DNA of 64,000 bases from Antedon mediterranea (GCF_964355755.1 NC_092670.1:17842795-17906794); one strand, 5' to 3'; counted from the first letter of the stretch, positions 41,429-55,908 are shown. Notes: generated by a model not told the origin, from the letters alone. Numbers and translations are program-made.

Positions 41429-44400
41429 ATGTCGCGTTTGGGCATGTCGGTATTTGGGGACTTTGTAAATGTCTTTTCCTCCTACATGGCGCCTGGAAAT
41501 CTAAAGTGTAACTTCATGGCAAAATCAGAGAACAAATCTACTTCAAACCAACTAGTGTCTCGTAAAAATAACGTGCGAAACAACTCATTAAATTCGGACA
41601 TGGCGAACAAGCCCAACCACCATGTTTCAGACGCGATGGGCATCAACAACAACACCGCCAGCGAACCAAAAACTCTAGGCCTAGGCCTACCAATGATGGA
41701 AGCTGGCGTTGATGGTAGGATACGCTTTGACGATGTTGCAAATTGCGGAGATGCATCAGAATCCAAATTAGATTCACAAGTGACTCATCTTAAAGGACTC
41801 CTTATGCTTCATTTAGACCTTATTCAACAGCAACAGAAAGATTTGCAACAAAAAGAAAAAGAAGTAAAAAAATTACGCGATGAAAAAGAAACGGTAATTT
41901 TTTTTTCAATGAAGTTATTACCGGGCATACTACATAGACAGGAGGGTCAGGGCCCGGGCTTTGTTTTAATGACACACACAGGCAGGCATGTTGAAAAGAT
42001 GGACAAAATGTTTATATTATCCAAATTCCATCCACCAAGTAACAGCAGGCCTAGCCTGTAGTAGTTATTGTACAAAAGATAGATCTATTTTATTATGATT
42101 GATGCCATTGTTGTTACATATAATTAATTGGTCACATTTAAAGATTCAAAATGACCCTTGCACCCATGAAGATGATGATAAGAAAGACCAAAGGCAACAA
42201 ACATTCAGCATCAAACACTTTTTTTGTTCTTGCAGTTGTTATGTCGGCTACAACGTATGGAACGCCGAATGTCTCTAGCAAGTAAAAGTGCACCAATCAA
42301 AAATAAGAATTATCCAACCACTCAAACGACTCCAGTAACGCCAATAAAAACAGAAACACTTTCAAAACGGTAGGAAAGTACTGTGTAAATAATAGAATAA
42401 TCAGTCCATAACAAGTTTTTCATGCATTGACAGGTCGCATTGATTAATAAGTAAAATTGTTTACTATATAGATACCAAATTACCAATTATTAATCTTTCT
42501 ATTTTTTAATAGTGCCCTCTAGAGTTTGATGTAATTTTCAAAATGTTGTAGCTTCCTCTATAGTTTGGCTTTCTAAAATCGTGCTATTTTATTTTACCAT
42601 AATAGTGCACTCTATAGTTTGATGTCATTTTAAAAATGTTGTAGCCCCCTCTAGAGTTTGCGCTTCAAAAATCCTGAAACACTACAGTATTTTATTTTTT
42701 AAGGTTCTATTGTGTGAGGTCTGTTATGATAATAATAAATGAGACTTAAATATAGCGCATTATTCGAATTTGGAGTTAAATTCCAGGGTGCAGATCCAGG
42801 ATTTTTTAAATGGGCATTGGAGTGCATTTTGATAATAATATTGTCTGTCAAAATAGATTTTTAAAAAAAGGACTTCTATCCGCCCCTAAATCTGAATATT
42901 TTAAAACTTTCACAGGAAGGCTACAAGTACGCCACATACATCTAAAAAAACTTTACTAGATACAATAGACACAAAAACATACAGATGTGGGTCACCTTCA
43001 AAAATAACTAAGGATGGAAGTTCAACACCTGCAAAAAGGCGATATAGACGATTTAAAAAATACAAAGAACTCGGTGAGGATAAATTCCATCGGACGAAAG
43101 TCCTGTACCCCTCTTTCAGAGATCTTAGAATTCGTGATGAGGAGGATGATGACCTTCCTGTGGATTCGGCATATGTAATAGGTATAATATGATTTATTAT
43201 TTTTTAATTGGTAAAATAAATTATATTTATTTAAGTGCCTGAACGTGGAGAGGAAGATGTAGAGAATGAATTTTAAAATAGTTGTCCTGACCAAGACTAG
43301 AACTCTCCTGTTAAGTGTTATGTTTAAAGATACTCTTCCTTTAGACCACCAATAGAGCTTTTTTGTGGATTGTATAGAAATGCAGACACAGCTACAATAA
43401 TAACCCTGAGGCTGATAAAATGGTTTATCACCAAGAAAATGTTTTTTCTGTTTGTAAAAAAACTTTTATTTAAATAGAAAAAATGTTTATTATTTGACAA
43501 GACTTTATCAATGTTTTATTTCAACAGTACCAACATGGAGAGTGTCACACCTTAATACGTCGTCAGATGATTCAAATTCCAGTGAAATAGAGGTACAGAA
43601 GTATTATAAAACAATGCTGATATTATTGTTATGTACATCAACTTAACAGTGGAGATCCACTCTAAAGCTCTGTCTACACTTTCAAACTTTGTGTGACAAA
43701 ATGTGATGTGCCCATATAGGGACACAATGATGTCATATCACTGCCATATTTACTGATATTATTTTATTGTCCATAGTAATATAAAATGGAAATACATTTG
43801 AAACTGGCATGTACTATAAAAAATAGAGTTACTGTAGTATATACAAATTCAGAAGATTACCAAAATATACAAAAATACTTTAAAAGCTAAGTGTTATATA
43901 TTTATATATACACATTAAAAGCTTTTAACATAAAATTATTAAACTATTACAAATGCAGTAGCAATTTTTTTTTTTTAAAGAAAGCATTGCACAATGATAT
44001 GTTGACTCTACAGTTTCACTGCCATACTTAGGCACATCACACCTTTTTTTGTCAAACTAGTTTGATAGTGTAGACAGACAGAGCTTTAAGGAAATCTTTC
44101 AGAAAAGTGGGGTGGGTGGCTGTTACCCCAGTGTACTTTTTCATCTCGGCCAATGTCATCGGGGACAGAAGATTGGTGACCCTTATGAGATATGACAAGT
44201 TGTTATATATTTCTAGTACATTTGAGACAGTATTTAGCATATTATACAATGCATTATGTTTATTGAATAGTCAACAAAACTTCTGCGGAAAATAATTCTT
44301 CTTTCAAAACAAAAAATGGTGTTTGCACAGCACTAGTACTATTAATAAATTGTTAATTTGTTTTCGTTTTATAGAAAACAGACGACCACACGGTAGAAAT

Positions 44401-45718
44401 GCGTCACCAAAAAATGGAAATGGATGAGAAAAAAAGAAAAAAATGGGATGTACAAAGAATTAGACAAATACGAGAACATGAACGTCTGGAGATGAAACAG
44501 TTAGAACGTGAAATTGCCCACCGAGAAGACGTTATTGAAACATTTGAACCAGATATAGATGATAGTAAGTATCATATCTTATAAATGATCGTAAGATCTG
44601 GACTTGGTGACGTAAACGTGCACATGTAGGTCGTTTCCTGTTTGGTTATCAAACTTAATTGCCAACAATTTTATAAAGAATAAATCAAAGCAATCTATCA
44701 ACAGGACAGCTCAACTTGTCAAGATAGGAACTCGTAAATGTCCTTTGATATTATGTCTGGCTGCGACAAATACCAACAATAGTATGTACATATTCTATGC
44801 TGCGCTGTGTGTGTTAAGGGGCCTGGAACTGATCGTGTCGCAGCCACAGATAAATCCTTTGATCTCCGGAGTTCAGCATCCTGTTGTTAGATTGGCTTGG
44901 TCACATTCAGTAATGTTTAAAAGACTTGCATTGGATTGTTGAGCCAGCTTTAAATTTAAATACTAAGGGAAATATCTCACTTATGTGTAATGTCAATACG
45001 GAGTCCTCACAAAATGAAATGGTTAATAGGGCAACTGACCATCATTCAGGGCAATTATTGTCACTAGGACTGTAGATTTCAATAGCATATTTTTTAATTT
45101 AAAACTTTTTTTCAGTGTTGAGAATTGAAGTGTGTGATACCATTCCAGTCTCGGCATTTGGAATGCTTGTGCCTACAATATCAGAAAGGTATGTAATCTG
45201 AAATACTTTTTAATGCAGTTTGAGTATTATCATACATTTTGTATCTAGGACTGTGATGAAATATATACTAAAAAAGAAGCCTCCTCTTTGATCTGCAGAA
45301 GAAATCTTGAAAAGAAGCCCATCTCAAAATCAAGCCCACTCGGCTCCATTTCAAGGTTTAATTTATTTAAGTTGTCTAAATGTGTTATCAAGCACCTTAA
45401 GTATCATTGGTTTTATTTGTGCGATACAAATTAATTTTTAAGTATATTACTATAAATAATAAAGACAAATTAATGAAAAAATGACAATGCTGTTGTTGCT
45501 GGATCTCAATGAAGATAGAAATAAAATATGTAAAAACTAAATAAAAACGTAAAAAAAGTGAAACTGCCAAAAAGAAATTGCGGGGCTCTAGCTCCTTTCT
45601 CATAAATAATGATATATATTTTTTTTATAGTGAATTTTCACTCCCTTGGTACACACCAGAGCCAAAAGGTGAGGACCAACAACAGAGAAGAACACGAAGT
45701 CGAGCCATCCGGAAGTAG
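41429..45718 (+). CDS. MSL1: male-specific lethal 1 homolog (coiled coil + PEHE domain), up to 426 aa
   Basis: Exons 41429-41893, 42236-42369, 42916-43181, 43528-43592, 44375-44564, 45116-45188, 45631-45718 in frame. LHLDLIQQQQ...LQRMERRM coiled coil; VPTWR...RHQKMEMDEKKRKKWD...PVSAFG...FSLPW PEHE region. The start ATG is uncertain (41486 or 41516 possible). Confidence 0.9.
44692..44894. mobile_element. ~200 bp MITE-like repeat (copy 2 of 3)
   Basis: AATCTATCAACAGGA ... TCCTGTTGTTAGATT inverted ends; homologous to 4588-4794. Confidence 0.7.
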
Positions 45719-46617
45719 TAACGACCTGTGACCTCATGACGTGGGATTCGCATTACAATGGAAGAACTCAGAAATAGGATTCTTGTGAGCTTTGTTTTAA
45801 TGAATGGGTGCTATCTGGATTGTGTTGCCACACAAATGTTTTTACACTTTACACATCAATTTACACAAGTTAATCAGTTGGTTATTCATGCATTCAACAA
45901 TGTAATATCAAGATTACAGTAAATTAATATAGTATCCAATTCCAAAATCACACTAAAAAAAAATCGTCACAAAATTGGTTTACAGGATTGAGATGAGGGC
46001 GCTATATTCAACCGGTTACACACTACATTAAAATCATCATTTTTTGCGCATAGCAGTTTAATTCTCAAGCTCTTTGTGTCTGTGGGTAGCCCAAGAGTAT
46101 AAACTGGTACCAGTATGAACTGGAACTAATTGTAGGAACTCCATTCTTGCATGAGAAATTTACCAATAAATTGAAAATGAACAATTTAATTTTAAAACGT
46201 ACGTACACCATAAACAAAAACGTACAACATTATTTTACTATCAAACATTCCATTAAAATTATTAACATTACATGTTTTTAAAATGTTTCACTTTCAAATA
46301 ACACTTTTGGCCAGAAATTACTGTCATTATTGCACACGCATTAATGTGTTCATTATGAATTACTTAAATTAAATTTTTTTATTCTCATTTTAGGCAAATT
46401 GCCAAGGATTACCACAAGTGAATTCATTCACTATCCTTCTCAAAGGTGGCAATCCCTGTGTTTTACACACACAGAGACAATCACGTGTTTACATAGTCCC
46501 AGGTATAGGATACAGAACTCCTGTCCTGCTAAGTTGGTTGTGAAATGATGCCCATTATGTGTAAAATCAATAACATCTACACTGATCCTATTACTATTGA
46601 TAATAGTTTGTCCAATG

Positions 46618-46813
46618 TAATTTAACAACAAGACACCGAGCTTGCCTTTTGAAGATATGTACTTGTAACAGTCCTTTGATCTTTTGTCTGGCTACGAAAA
46701 ATACCACAGTACTCTGCAGCGCGCAGTGTCTGTTAAGCGGCGTGGAACTGATTATGTCGCAGCCACAGATAAACACTTTGATTTATGGAGCTCAGCAGTC
46801 TGTTGTTAGGTTG
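46618..46813. mobile_element. ~200 bp MITE-like repeat (copy 3 of 3)
   Basis: Homologous to 4588-4794 and 44692-44894. Confidence 0.65.
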
Positions 46814-48808
46814 CCGTTGGTGTAAAGATTCTAAATGAAATGTATGAGAAGTAGAGCGTATTCTTTCTTATCTAACCTTTACTCTGAATATGGCCTTAAG
46901 AGGATCCAATAGATTTTATTGTATCGATTTTATTTCATTTGGATTGAATTATTAGACGATTGAGAGAAAAATTCCAAATCAATGTGATTTTCATAAAAAT
47001 GAATTTAAATAATGAAGGATGTAACCTTTATATATTTATTGTTTAAAAAAAGAGAATTTCTTGCAGGTAAATTATGACCAAATAATAAAATAAATTGTTG
47101 TAATTAAATTGTAATTAAATTAATATTATGAGGAAATTCCCTTAAAATTATTTTGTTAAAATTGAATCCTGTATCTATTATATAGAAAGTTGACTATAAT
47201 GTTGGTTTACCCAAATGAATTGTAATTTGTTTGTTTAAACTAATTTATTTTGATCAAGACTGGATGCTGAAATCCCACACTGATTAAGCCCAATTTATGC
47301 TTAATTAAGTTCTGCTTATTTAGTATGAACAGGTGACTAAGATTGTCAAAATATTCAGATGACTAGCTTGTAGGGTCAAAGTTTACCAAACGTCTCGGAA
47401 AAGGTGGCTGATTTAAAACTATATTAACACCGAGTGCAGGGCCAGTGAAAACTCTGGGTTATGTTAAATTGTTTATATTATTAAAATAGGCACGGAATCT
47501 GTTCCATTAATATACACCATACCCATTTACAGTGTTTATTACCGACGCCCCAGACTGAAATCATGGCTACATGTGAACATAGCTGTGTGTACCTCAATCT
47601 ATAACCATTATACACTGGTGGTGAATAAGAAATGAAATAAAAACAAACATGGTTAAATATTAAATAAATGATGCAAATAATACAAATTTATTATGGTATT
47701 ATAGCCAATATAAAGTATATTTTCTATTTTTGATTAAATATAATGTTAATATTTTTGGTCCTAGTAAGTGTAATGAAATTTAAATTCAGGTAAACAAATA
47801 TTAGACATAGCAGACACTACCCTCCCCCTTTATTTGTTTGGCTGGGTATGCATACCATCTAAAAGTTGCTAGAACTGTATTTATTTCTTTAATTCTTTTT
47901 TTTTTCAGTTTATCTTTTTACTTTTGTGTACTTAATTTCTACTTTATATTCAAAAGTATGTCAGTAAAATGTTTTATTTTTGTTTACCATGTTCCTTGGC
48001 ACTAAGTTCAAACAGTGTTCAATATCTCACAACACTAGTATTTTTTGTGCTCTGAATTTTGACATGACTGTAGCTTGTACTATGAATAAGTTGTACAGTG
48101 TCATTACTTTTTCCCAGACTTTGTTGAAACTAGTAAGACGCTTTATAATATAAGCTGCTTCGTTGGCTTGTATTGTTAATAAAACAATTAGACTTGCATT
48201 CCTTGTACAGTATAAATAAAGATCAGTTGATATAACATATTTGAGTAATGTTTATTCTGTGCCTAGATTTGAACTCTTAACTTTGACGAGTTAATTATCC
48301 GCACGACAAACGTCACATGCACATCATACGTTATATTGCGTGCAAAAAAAGATGATGCCATTATGACCTAAAAAAAAACAATTGTTTTTAGCGTGCTCTC
48401 TATTTTATGTCCCAAGTATATACAGTATACATAATATATACTGTATACATACTACAGTACTACATACAGTGTGTATAGGTTAAATTATGGGATTACCCAT
48501 TCACATTTTTAAGATGATTGCAGTCTCTTTATGGAAAGTATTGCACTGCCTTTAAAACCACATTTATAATACAGTATCATGACTAGGACTACAAAAGACA
48601 ATTTATAACCACATTTGATTGAAATTGCTTGGCCCTTTTATGGGTGAAAAATTTTGGTATAAATTAAGATTTCACTGCAAAGTGTACAAACCTCAAAAAC
48701 ATTGCTACCAATCGCATCCAATCGGCTTTAATATATCAACAGAATCCAAAAGCAGAAAAATATAAGTTTTGCCAAGAAGAAAGGTTAGTGCTGTGAAATA
48801 TACATATA

Positions 48809-49030
48809 TACTGTATTTATTTGAATAAATGCCCCAGGGTGTTTATTGTTCAGGATTTTTAGTTCTTTTGGGTGTAATAATATGACAACATGTATAATCA
48901 AATAAATAAATTTAATATCGAGAAGTGACAAAATACAGTAAAAAATGTATCAAAATGCTTGGTAAATTGTATATCATGTCAGCTGTTCGGGGCATTTATT
49001 CAAAACAGGGAGTTAAATAAATATGGTAGG
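48809..49030. mobile_element. pogo/Tigger-like MITE, degenerate
   Basis: TACTGTATTTATTTGAATAAATGCCCC ... GGGCATTTATTC...AATAAATATGGTA; a related copy lies at ~50394-50570. Confidence 0.55.
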
Positions 49031-49611
49031 TATTTTGAAGATGATTGCTTATTAACTTCAATAATAGATAAACTTTATATTATACAAATTTTTTTTATTG
49101 AAATCTTTTCTTTACAGTTTTTCACAAATGCAAATACTACAATACTTTCATTCAACTTCCCTAGTTTCGTAGCTGTTTAAAAAAAAGTGCTAGCATAATT
49201 TTATTTCAGTCAATTTTCTATTAATGTTGGAACGACTGATTATAGTTTAATACTTTTCAATATGGATAACAAAAAATAAGGCAAATAAGTTGAAGGATAT
49301 AACATAAGGAGACATGTGGAACTGGACCTCTAGGGCTAAATATTGAATGATGGGGTGGAGATAAATCAGTACCTGATCAACCCCCTTAATTAGAAAATCA
49401 TGGAGATACTCTATGGTTAATGGTTATACAATTACTGCAGTAATCCTATAATTCTGTGGTAATAGCAGTAAATTATATACAAATCATGCCATAGATAATA
49501 CAAATGTATAACAAGATTGTTTAAACTGATTGTTATCACAAATAAATAAATAAGATTGACAGAAAGTTGGTTTGCAACTCGTCTTTCTTTTTGGTGTGCG
49601 CATTCGTATAT

Positions 49612-50926
49612 TCATTTGTTTCCTCCAGTCTGTTGTTGGTATACTTCTATGACGTCATCATCTTCCATTTCAAGCTGGTGATATAACAACATAGAACAAT
49701 TATTTACATAAATCTAAATTACTGAAAATAATGACAATGCTGTGGAAGTGGCTGGATCTCAATGGAGATAGAAAAAAATAAAATAAGCAAAAAGCTAAAT
49801 CAAAACGATGAAGTAAAACAGCCAGAAAAAATAGCAGAGCTTTCGGCCAACACTAGCCCTTCATGAATGCAAGTGTTATTTAAATAAACTGTATATACAA
49901 TTATTTATATATATATACACAATATTAACAACCCCCAATCCCCCCCCCCCCCCCCGCTATGGGCTTGCCTATATACTTAAAGAAACTTAAGAATGGCGAC
50001 TCAATCACAATACAGTTTTTTTAACACACTAATGGTTGTGTAATTAATTGCTCACATCTTTCGCTGTTTGTTCGTCGCTAATTCGTTGTCCATCAAAGAG
50101 GAATCGCAATGTTGGTATTGGAACCCCCTAAAAGAAAAAAAAAAGAAGTTAATTCTTCAATTCTTATAGTTAATATAGTATTAGTATATTGTACAATATG
50201 CGATTCCATGGCTCAGTTCTTTAATACTTACAATTCTTGAACAATATGATTCTTTGAGTTTTTTCATTGTCGTCGTCATTTTTACTTTGAAATGTACCTC
50301 ACTGTTATCCTGTAGACATACAATATAAAAACAGCACAGCATTAAATTGAATCAGCATAAAATTATTAGAAAGACATACTTTTGAAATATCAATACTGTA
50401 TTTATTCAAATAAACACCCCAGGGTTTTTCTTTTTTTCATGTGTTTTTAGGGGTGGGTGGAAGAGTTAATTTGAGGGAGGCATTTATTCATAACGATGAA
50501 CATTATAGGAAAAGTGGGGGGGGGGGGGATATTATTCTAAACGATGTTCTTCTAAATACCGTAAATATGGTCAATTAAAAGTTTGCTTATTTTCACCTGT
50601 GATGTTACTTTAAGTGTAATGTATTCACTGTTGTTAGTGCCTGTTGTGTTGCTTGTGGTTGTCGTAGTTGTTGAGTTCTCTTCATTAGATTCAGACTGGT
50701 TTGTCTGTATGCAAATTCAAAAATAGTAGTTAACACATCAATTCACATCATGACATATCACATAGACATATTGATAATGATAATAGGCCTATTTTATTCT
50801 AATTAATTGATTAAAATGTGCTAAAATAGAATTTAGAAAGAACATTTAACAAACAATGAACAATTGTTCTAGGCCTAGGCCTAGAGGCTAGGTCTTAATA
50901 GTAATACTTCAGTTCAGTAAAATGTA

Positions 50927-50962
<36 letters not shown>

Positions 50963-51240
50963 GAGTTTTGTAGGCTAATGGTCTAGGGTCATCACTCCAG
51001 AACTGAGCCTCATCAAGACAAGAGAGACATCGTGAGGCCTCCCAATCCCATCAAACATCTGCCGCACACAACCATTCATTGATTGCACACAGTGTTTATC
51101 GTGTCACAGCATGGCCTAGCATTTATGACACAATAAGCATTTAAAGCATGCCTAAAACAAGCTGATATTTACAAACGTATTGAATTATAAGATAAAAGTA
51201 TGCGAGAGATTACCTGTGGTTCACTGGTATTGTCTGACAT
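49612..51240 (-). CDS. SUMO1: small ubiquitin-like modifier, SUMO1-type, 115 aa
   Basis: Exons 51240-51214, 50704-50597, 50309-50232, 50127-50056, 49674-49612, all phase 0. [48 protein letters not shown]. Not present in the ORF track because the exons are short. Confidence 0.93.
49715..49875 (-). mobile_element. A-rich interspersed repeat, possibly a Penelope-like end
   Basis: Homologous to ~45465-45600 and ~59240-59310; minus strand has ATGAAGGGCTAGTGTTGGCCGAAAGCT, resembling a degenerate hammerhead core. Confidence 0.45.
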
Positions 51241-53599
51241 GATGATTTGAAATAAATATTACCGGATACTATGTAGGCCTCTACCCCTAAAACAACATAA
51301 AACAAAATCCTTGGTGGTTTTTGTCTGTGTATGAATGAACTATGACCCAACATGTTGACGCAAACGATGCTGCTCAACGAAGCAGAGAATATCGCGCCAA
51401 AACATAATACGCATGCTCACTGGTTAATAAAGTTTCGAAAGCGCAACATTTATTTAGAAAATCCTGAAATTGAGCTGGAATGTAATTATTTATTTATTTT
51501 CAAACTCTATTTTATCTTTGATTATTTCGGAAATTCATTGCTCGTTTTACAAATATATAAAAATATGTAACAATACAAAAGGTAAAACGTACAAAACAGG
51601 AAGAAAACGCTAATTAGACTACACATGAGTTTCAAAGACGGGTCAATTAGGTCTGTTGTGTTGCTTGATCAGTTGTTGTTGTTGTTAGTTCCAAGTTGAT
51701 ATTATGTATGTATTGTTTTCTTGTGTTTTTCTGCCAAGAAAACAATTATCATTATATACTAATGTATGAATGACTAAATAAATCGAATCTGAATCTAAAA
51801 CATGAGTAAAAATTTAACAATTATAAACTTATTGCAAATCATCAGTTAAAATTTTTATTAAAAAGTTGAATGACTTAGGAAGGAGAGAAGGTACCGGTTG
51901 GAGCAAGAGGTCGGTGTCCGAAAGTAACCACTGCGGATCCTATGTGGTGAAGTTTATTGTAAAGAGGTTGCATGGCTGGTGATTGAAATAAATAAATACA
52001 AATAAATAGATCTGTACTATAATAATTATAGGTAACTAATATGTATTTGTTTTATCATTGATAAAATAGTGTAAGTACTTATTTATCTATGGTTTTATAG
52101 CGTAATCCGACCAACTCAGAACGAGACATTGGATGATAAATGAATGATTACAAACCAGATCAAGAGGTTGTTGCTTAGAGAAACTAGTGAATATAATCAA
52201 TGTATGGGCTTTCGAGTGGACTCCTATACACCAATTATATAAAGTGCTATTTAAATATGAAAAATGAAGATAATTAAATTACTTTGAATAGGTTATTTTG
52301 TAGTTTTAATAAAGTAATCCCTTCCGTTAAAAAGACAAGTGTTTTCTCATATAAAATTATAAAACAATTTGTCAAATTCAACCAAAGACCCATTGGCCGG
52401 TGTAAGATTTAAATCTGTCCGGTGTTTGAAAGTGTCCACTGGACAATTTTCAGCATTGAATATTGTAATACTAGCTGTTGAAAATGGCCGCAACCACCCG
52501 GGCAGCTTTCATCGATAAAAAAGTAGGACCATCGAGACATCGACATCATATTAACCCCGTAAAAACTAGGGCACTGGACGTTCACCAACTCCCGTTAGGG
52601 TAATTATAATTCCTTAGAATACCAACTTGAATCGCAAAATATCAAGTGGATTGAAATAAATATTACTATTATTATATCTGGAGACATATAGTCTAATCAA
52701 ATTAAATTGTTTGTTTTTGATTGAGTATATACAACCTGTTGTCAATTTGAAGTAAATCGACAACTTGAAAAATATATAGCCTACTGTATTATTATTTCGA
52801 GGGAATGAATATCACTAAATCATATAGGCATAGGGCCTACCTATTTCGTTATCTCGAAATATTATTTCATTCGAAATTCGAATTACTACTTCGCGAGAGA
52901 ACGAAATAATTTCCCTCGAAATTATTTCGTTCTCTCGATCATCATCATCATCATCATCATCATTCCTTGTCTCGAAGTAGTAATTCGTTTTTTATATTAT
53001 TCAGTTCTTGAAATCTTATTTTGTTCTCCCTAAATATATTCGTTCCCTCAAAATATTTTTCAGTTCTCAAAATATTATTTTGTAATATCCATAATACTGC
53101 TACTAATTTAATAATATCAACTGATAACAAAAGTTCTTTAAACAAGTAAGTTCGTCATTGTTAAAGTCAGTTCTTTTTCATTATATTTTTTTCACAGATG
53201 CCTGATTTTTGTTTTTATTTAATAAAACATTGAATTGGTTAGTCACAATATTTGCTTTGTTTCTAGAGACTTTACATTATTTATTTATTTATCTAAAATA
53301 CATTTGAAAAATATTGTTGATGCATATTACCAAAAAATATTTGTTTTTTATATTTTATATGGCAAAATAAACACCTTAATTGCGCATCATAATTATTCGT
53401 TCACTCAAGGGTATTTCGGTTTTTTGTTTTTTTCGAATATTAGGGTATTTCGTTCCCAATACAAACAGTCCAATACCGTTATACATCAAATTCATAGAAT
53501 AATGGCTTATATTGAAATGAAGCGTTTAAAACGTCTTTGCCACAATGTCTGTACATGCAGCTGAGTTTAAAAAATCGCGGTTGTATTTTTGTTTTATAT

Positions 53600-54662
53600 G
53601 GACATATAAACATAGAAACCACCAGCTAATACCAGAAATACCAACAGCTTATGTATCAATTTTTAAAATCAACACCAGCTAATTTAGAACGGTCAGCAGA
53701 TAATGTAGTAACGAAAATTGCCTCACAGCTAATGTTGAAAATATTGTATAATTTAAAAACCTGTCTACATCATGTGAAAATGCATTTCTTTACTTACCGG
53801 TAGCTATCCATCTATCCACGTCTCGTAAGTGACCAACCAACAACCACTTCTAGTAAGTAACCACCTCTATTGAACGACCACCGTCTCTGATAATCGCCCA
53901 CCATCTCTTAACGACCACACCACTCGTCAAGGACGAGCTATTTTAAAGGACCACCACCTCGGCTTCTCATAATCAACCTCATGACGGACTACCTCTCTTA
54001 ACGACCACGCCTAAAGTGTCGACCTCTCTATAAAAAAAAAACGTCCACCTCTCCACTGGGACCACTTCTCATAATCGACTACCATCCGTAACGACCACCT
54101 TTCGCAAATTACCACCTCTATTGAGGTGGTCACTTACGGGAGGTGTAGTCGGTAAAAGAAGTGGTCGTCTACGAGCGGTGGTAGTTTATGAAAAGCAGTC
54201 CCTTATGAGAGGAGGTTACCCCTTCAGGAAGTTGTCCATTGTGAGAAGCGGTCCTTTAACAGAGGTAGTCCCTTTTAAATATTAAAGGTGGTCGCTAACA
54301 AGGGTAGTTGCTTACGATCAGAGTGCTACGTTTTGAAAGCCGATCACTTACGAGAGGTGGATAGACTGACAGCTAAACTAAGTAGAGAAATACATTTGCA
54401 CATGATTTAGACATTTAGGTTTGTAAAATATATAATTATTATTTTATTAGCTGGCGATATTAACTACATCAGCTGTGAGGCAATTTTCGTTACTTCATTA
54501 CCTGTTAAGTTGTATATTAGCTAATGTTGATTTTTATTTAATAAATAACTGTTGGTGTTTCTACATTAGCTAGTTCTAGGTTTTACTACATGGGTGGATT
54601 TGACAGTTTCGACGACATTTGCTGCCGTTTTCTACACTAGCGGTTTTGAACAGGGACTAGTG
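53600..54662. mobile_element. foldback DNA element with GACCACCTCT-type subrepeat arrays
   Basis: Left and right halves are inverted about ~54120; the right end reads CACTAG on the minus strand; a further left-arm copy lies at ~57527-58290. Confidence 0.65.
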
Positions 54663-55478
54663 TAAAGGAAATGCCACAAGTTGTGTTTTTTTATTTTTTT
54701 TTATTTATTGTTTTGTGTACTAAAGTGGCAGCATAATCAGTATTTATTTTTACCAGATGTCCAGCAAGGGTAATGTCCCATAACTCAGGCCACAATTGTC
54801 AGGTCAACCTCAAAACAGCGGCTCTCGGGAGATATTAATTACCGGTAGTCGTGTTAACTGTCATCTGTTATTTGTCAGGAGAAGGGGTGCGAACTTGCCA
54901 TATCTCAAATTAAGATTACGCTTACCATGAATATGATTTCATTACAAGAATTATATACCACAGTATGTTACGTAATTTAATTCTCTTATTTTAAAAAATA
55001 ACTAAATAAATTAGTATATGATTCTAGTATAAGTATTATAAAAAATGTTTCTATTTAATATACAGGGAGCGGGGGTTGCCTCATAGCCTGAACGGTTTTA
55101 ATACGAACTTATGTACTATAATATTATTTTACGTAGATTACTATTTAATATTATTTTATTTATTTAACAACATATTTATACAGGATTATACACAATCAAG
55201 TAGAAATATACTTGTTTTGCATTGTGGTCCTGTCGACAAAAACGGATACAAATTTAAATACAATTTCAATTAATATTATAATATAATTTGAGATGAACGT
55301 ATAATATGTAATAAAGAATAACTATATGATTATATTTTATACTCCTATCTGAATGTGCTATTTATTGTGTAATAGAACGACTGAAGCGTTTACCAATAAG
55401 AGTATCTTCGAAATTTAATTTAATAAATGGCATTTCCCTCCAATAGTTTTTTTCTCTCATTTTTTGTGTACTTGCCAC

Positions 55479-55908
55479 TGTAATAAATTACCATTCCCTA
55501 ACCATGAACATTCTAGAATAAGATGTTTACATTTAAGACATCATGTATAATTAATATAATAACAATCAGGAACATTCCAGTATGCTATTAATAGAAACTG
55601 TAATCAAATAGAATAAGAAGTATAAAGAATGATATAGAAGGATAGGAACATCTTGTATATAAAGGGATGTAAAACTATTGTCATGTTGTTGGATATTAGA
55701 GGTTGGATATTAGATTGTAAAAGTTATTGTGAAGCTGTTGTTTAAAATGCTTACTGGGTTGTTGAAAGTTGAAGTTGATTGAAATTAAAGATTTGTTTTT
55801 GAGTTATTTTACAACTTTGTGAATTTGGTGTGTATACTTTTATGTCACAAGGGAGTTTCTAAAGTATTTTCAACCGCTCGGAAACATACGTAAAAGGAGT
55901 TCGTGACA
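55479..55908 (+). mobile_element. solo LTR (~430 bp)
   Basis: TGT...ACA ends, flanks GCCAC/TCCAC (4/5 TSD), internal TATAAAAG (~55657) and ATTAAA (~55784). Confidence 0.6.
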
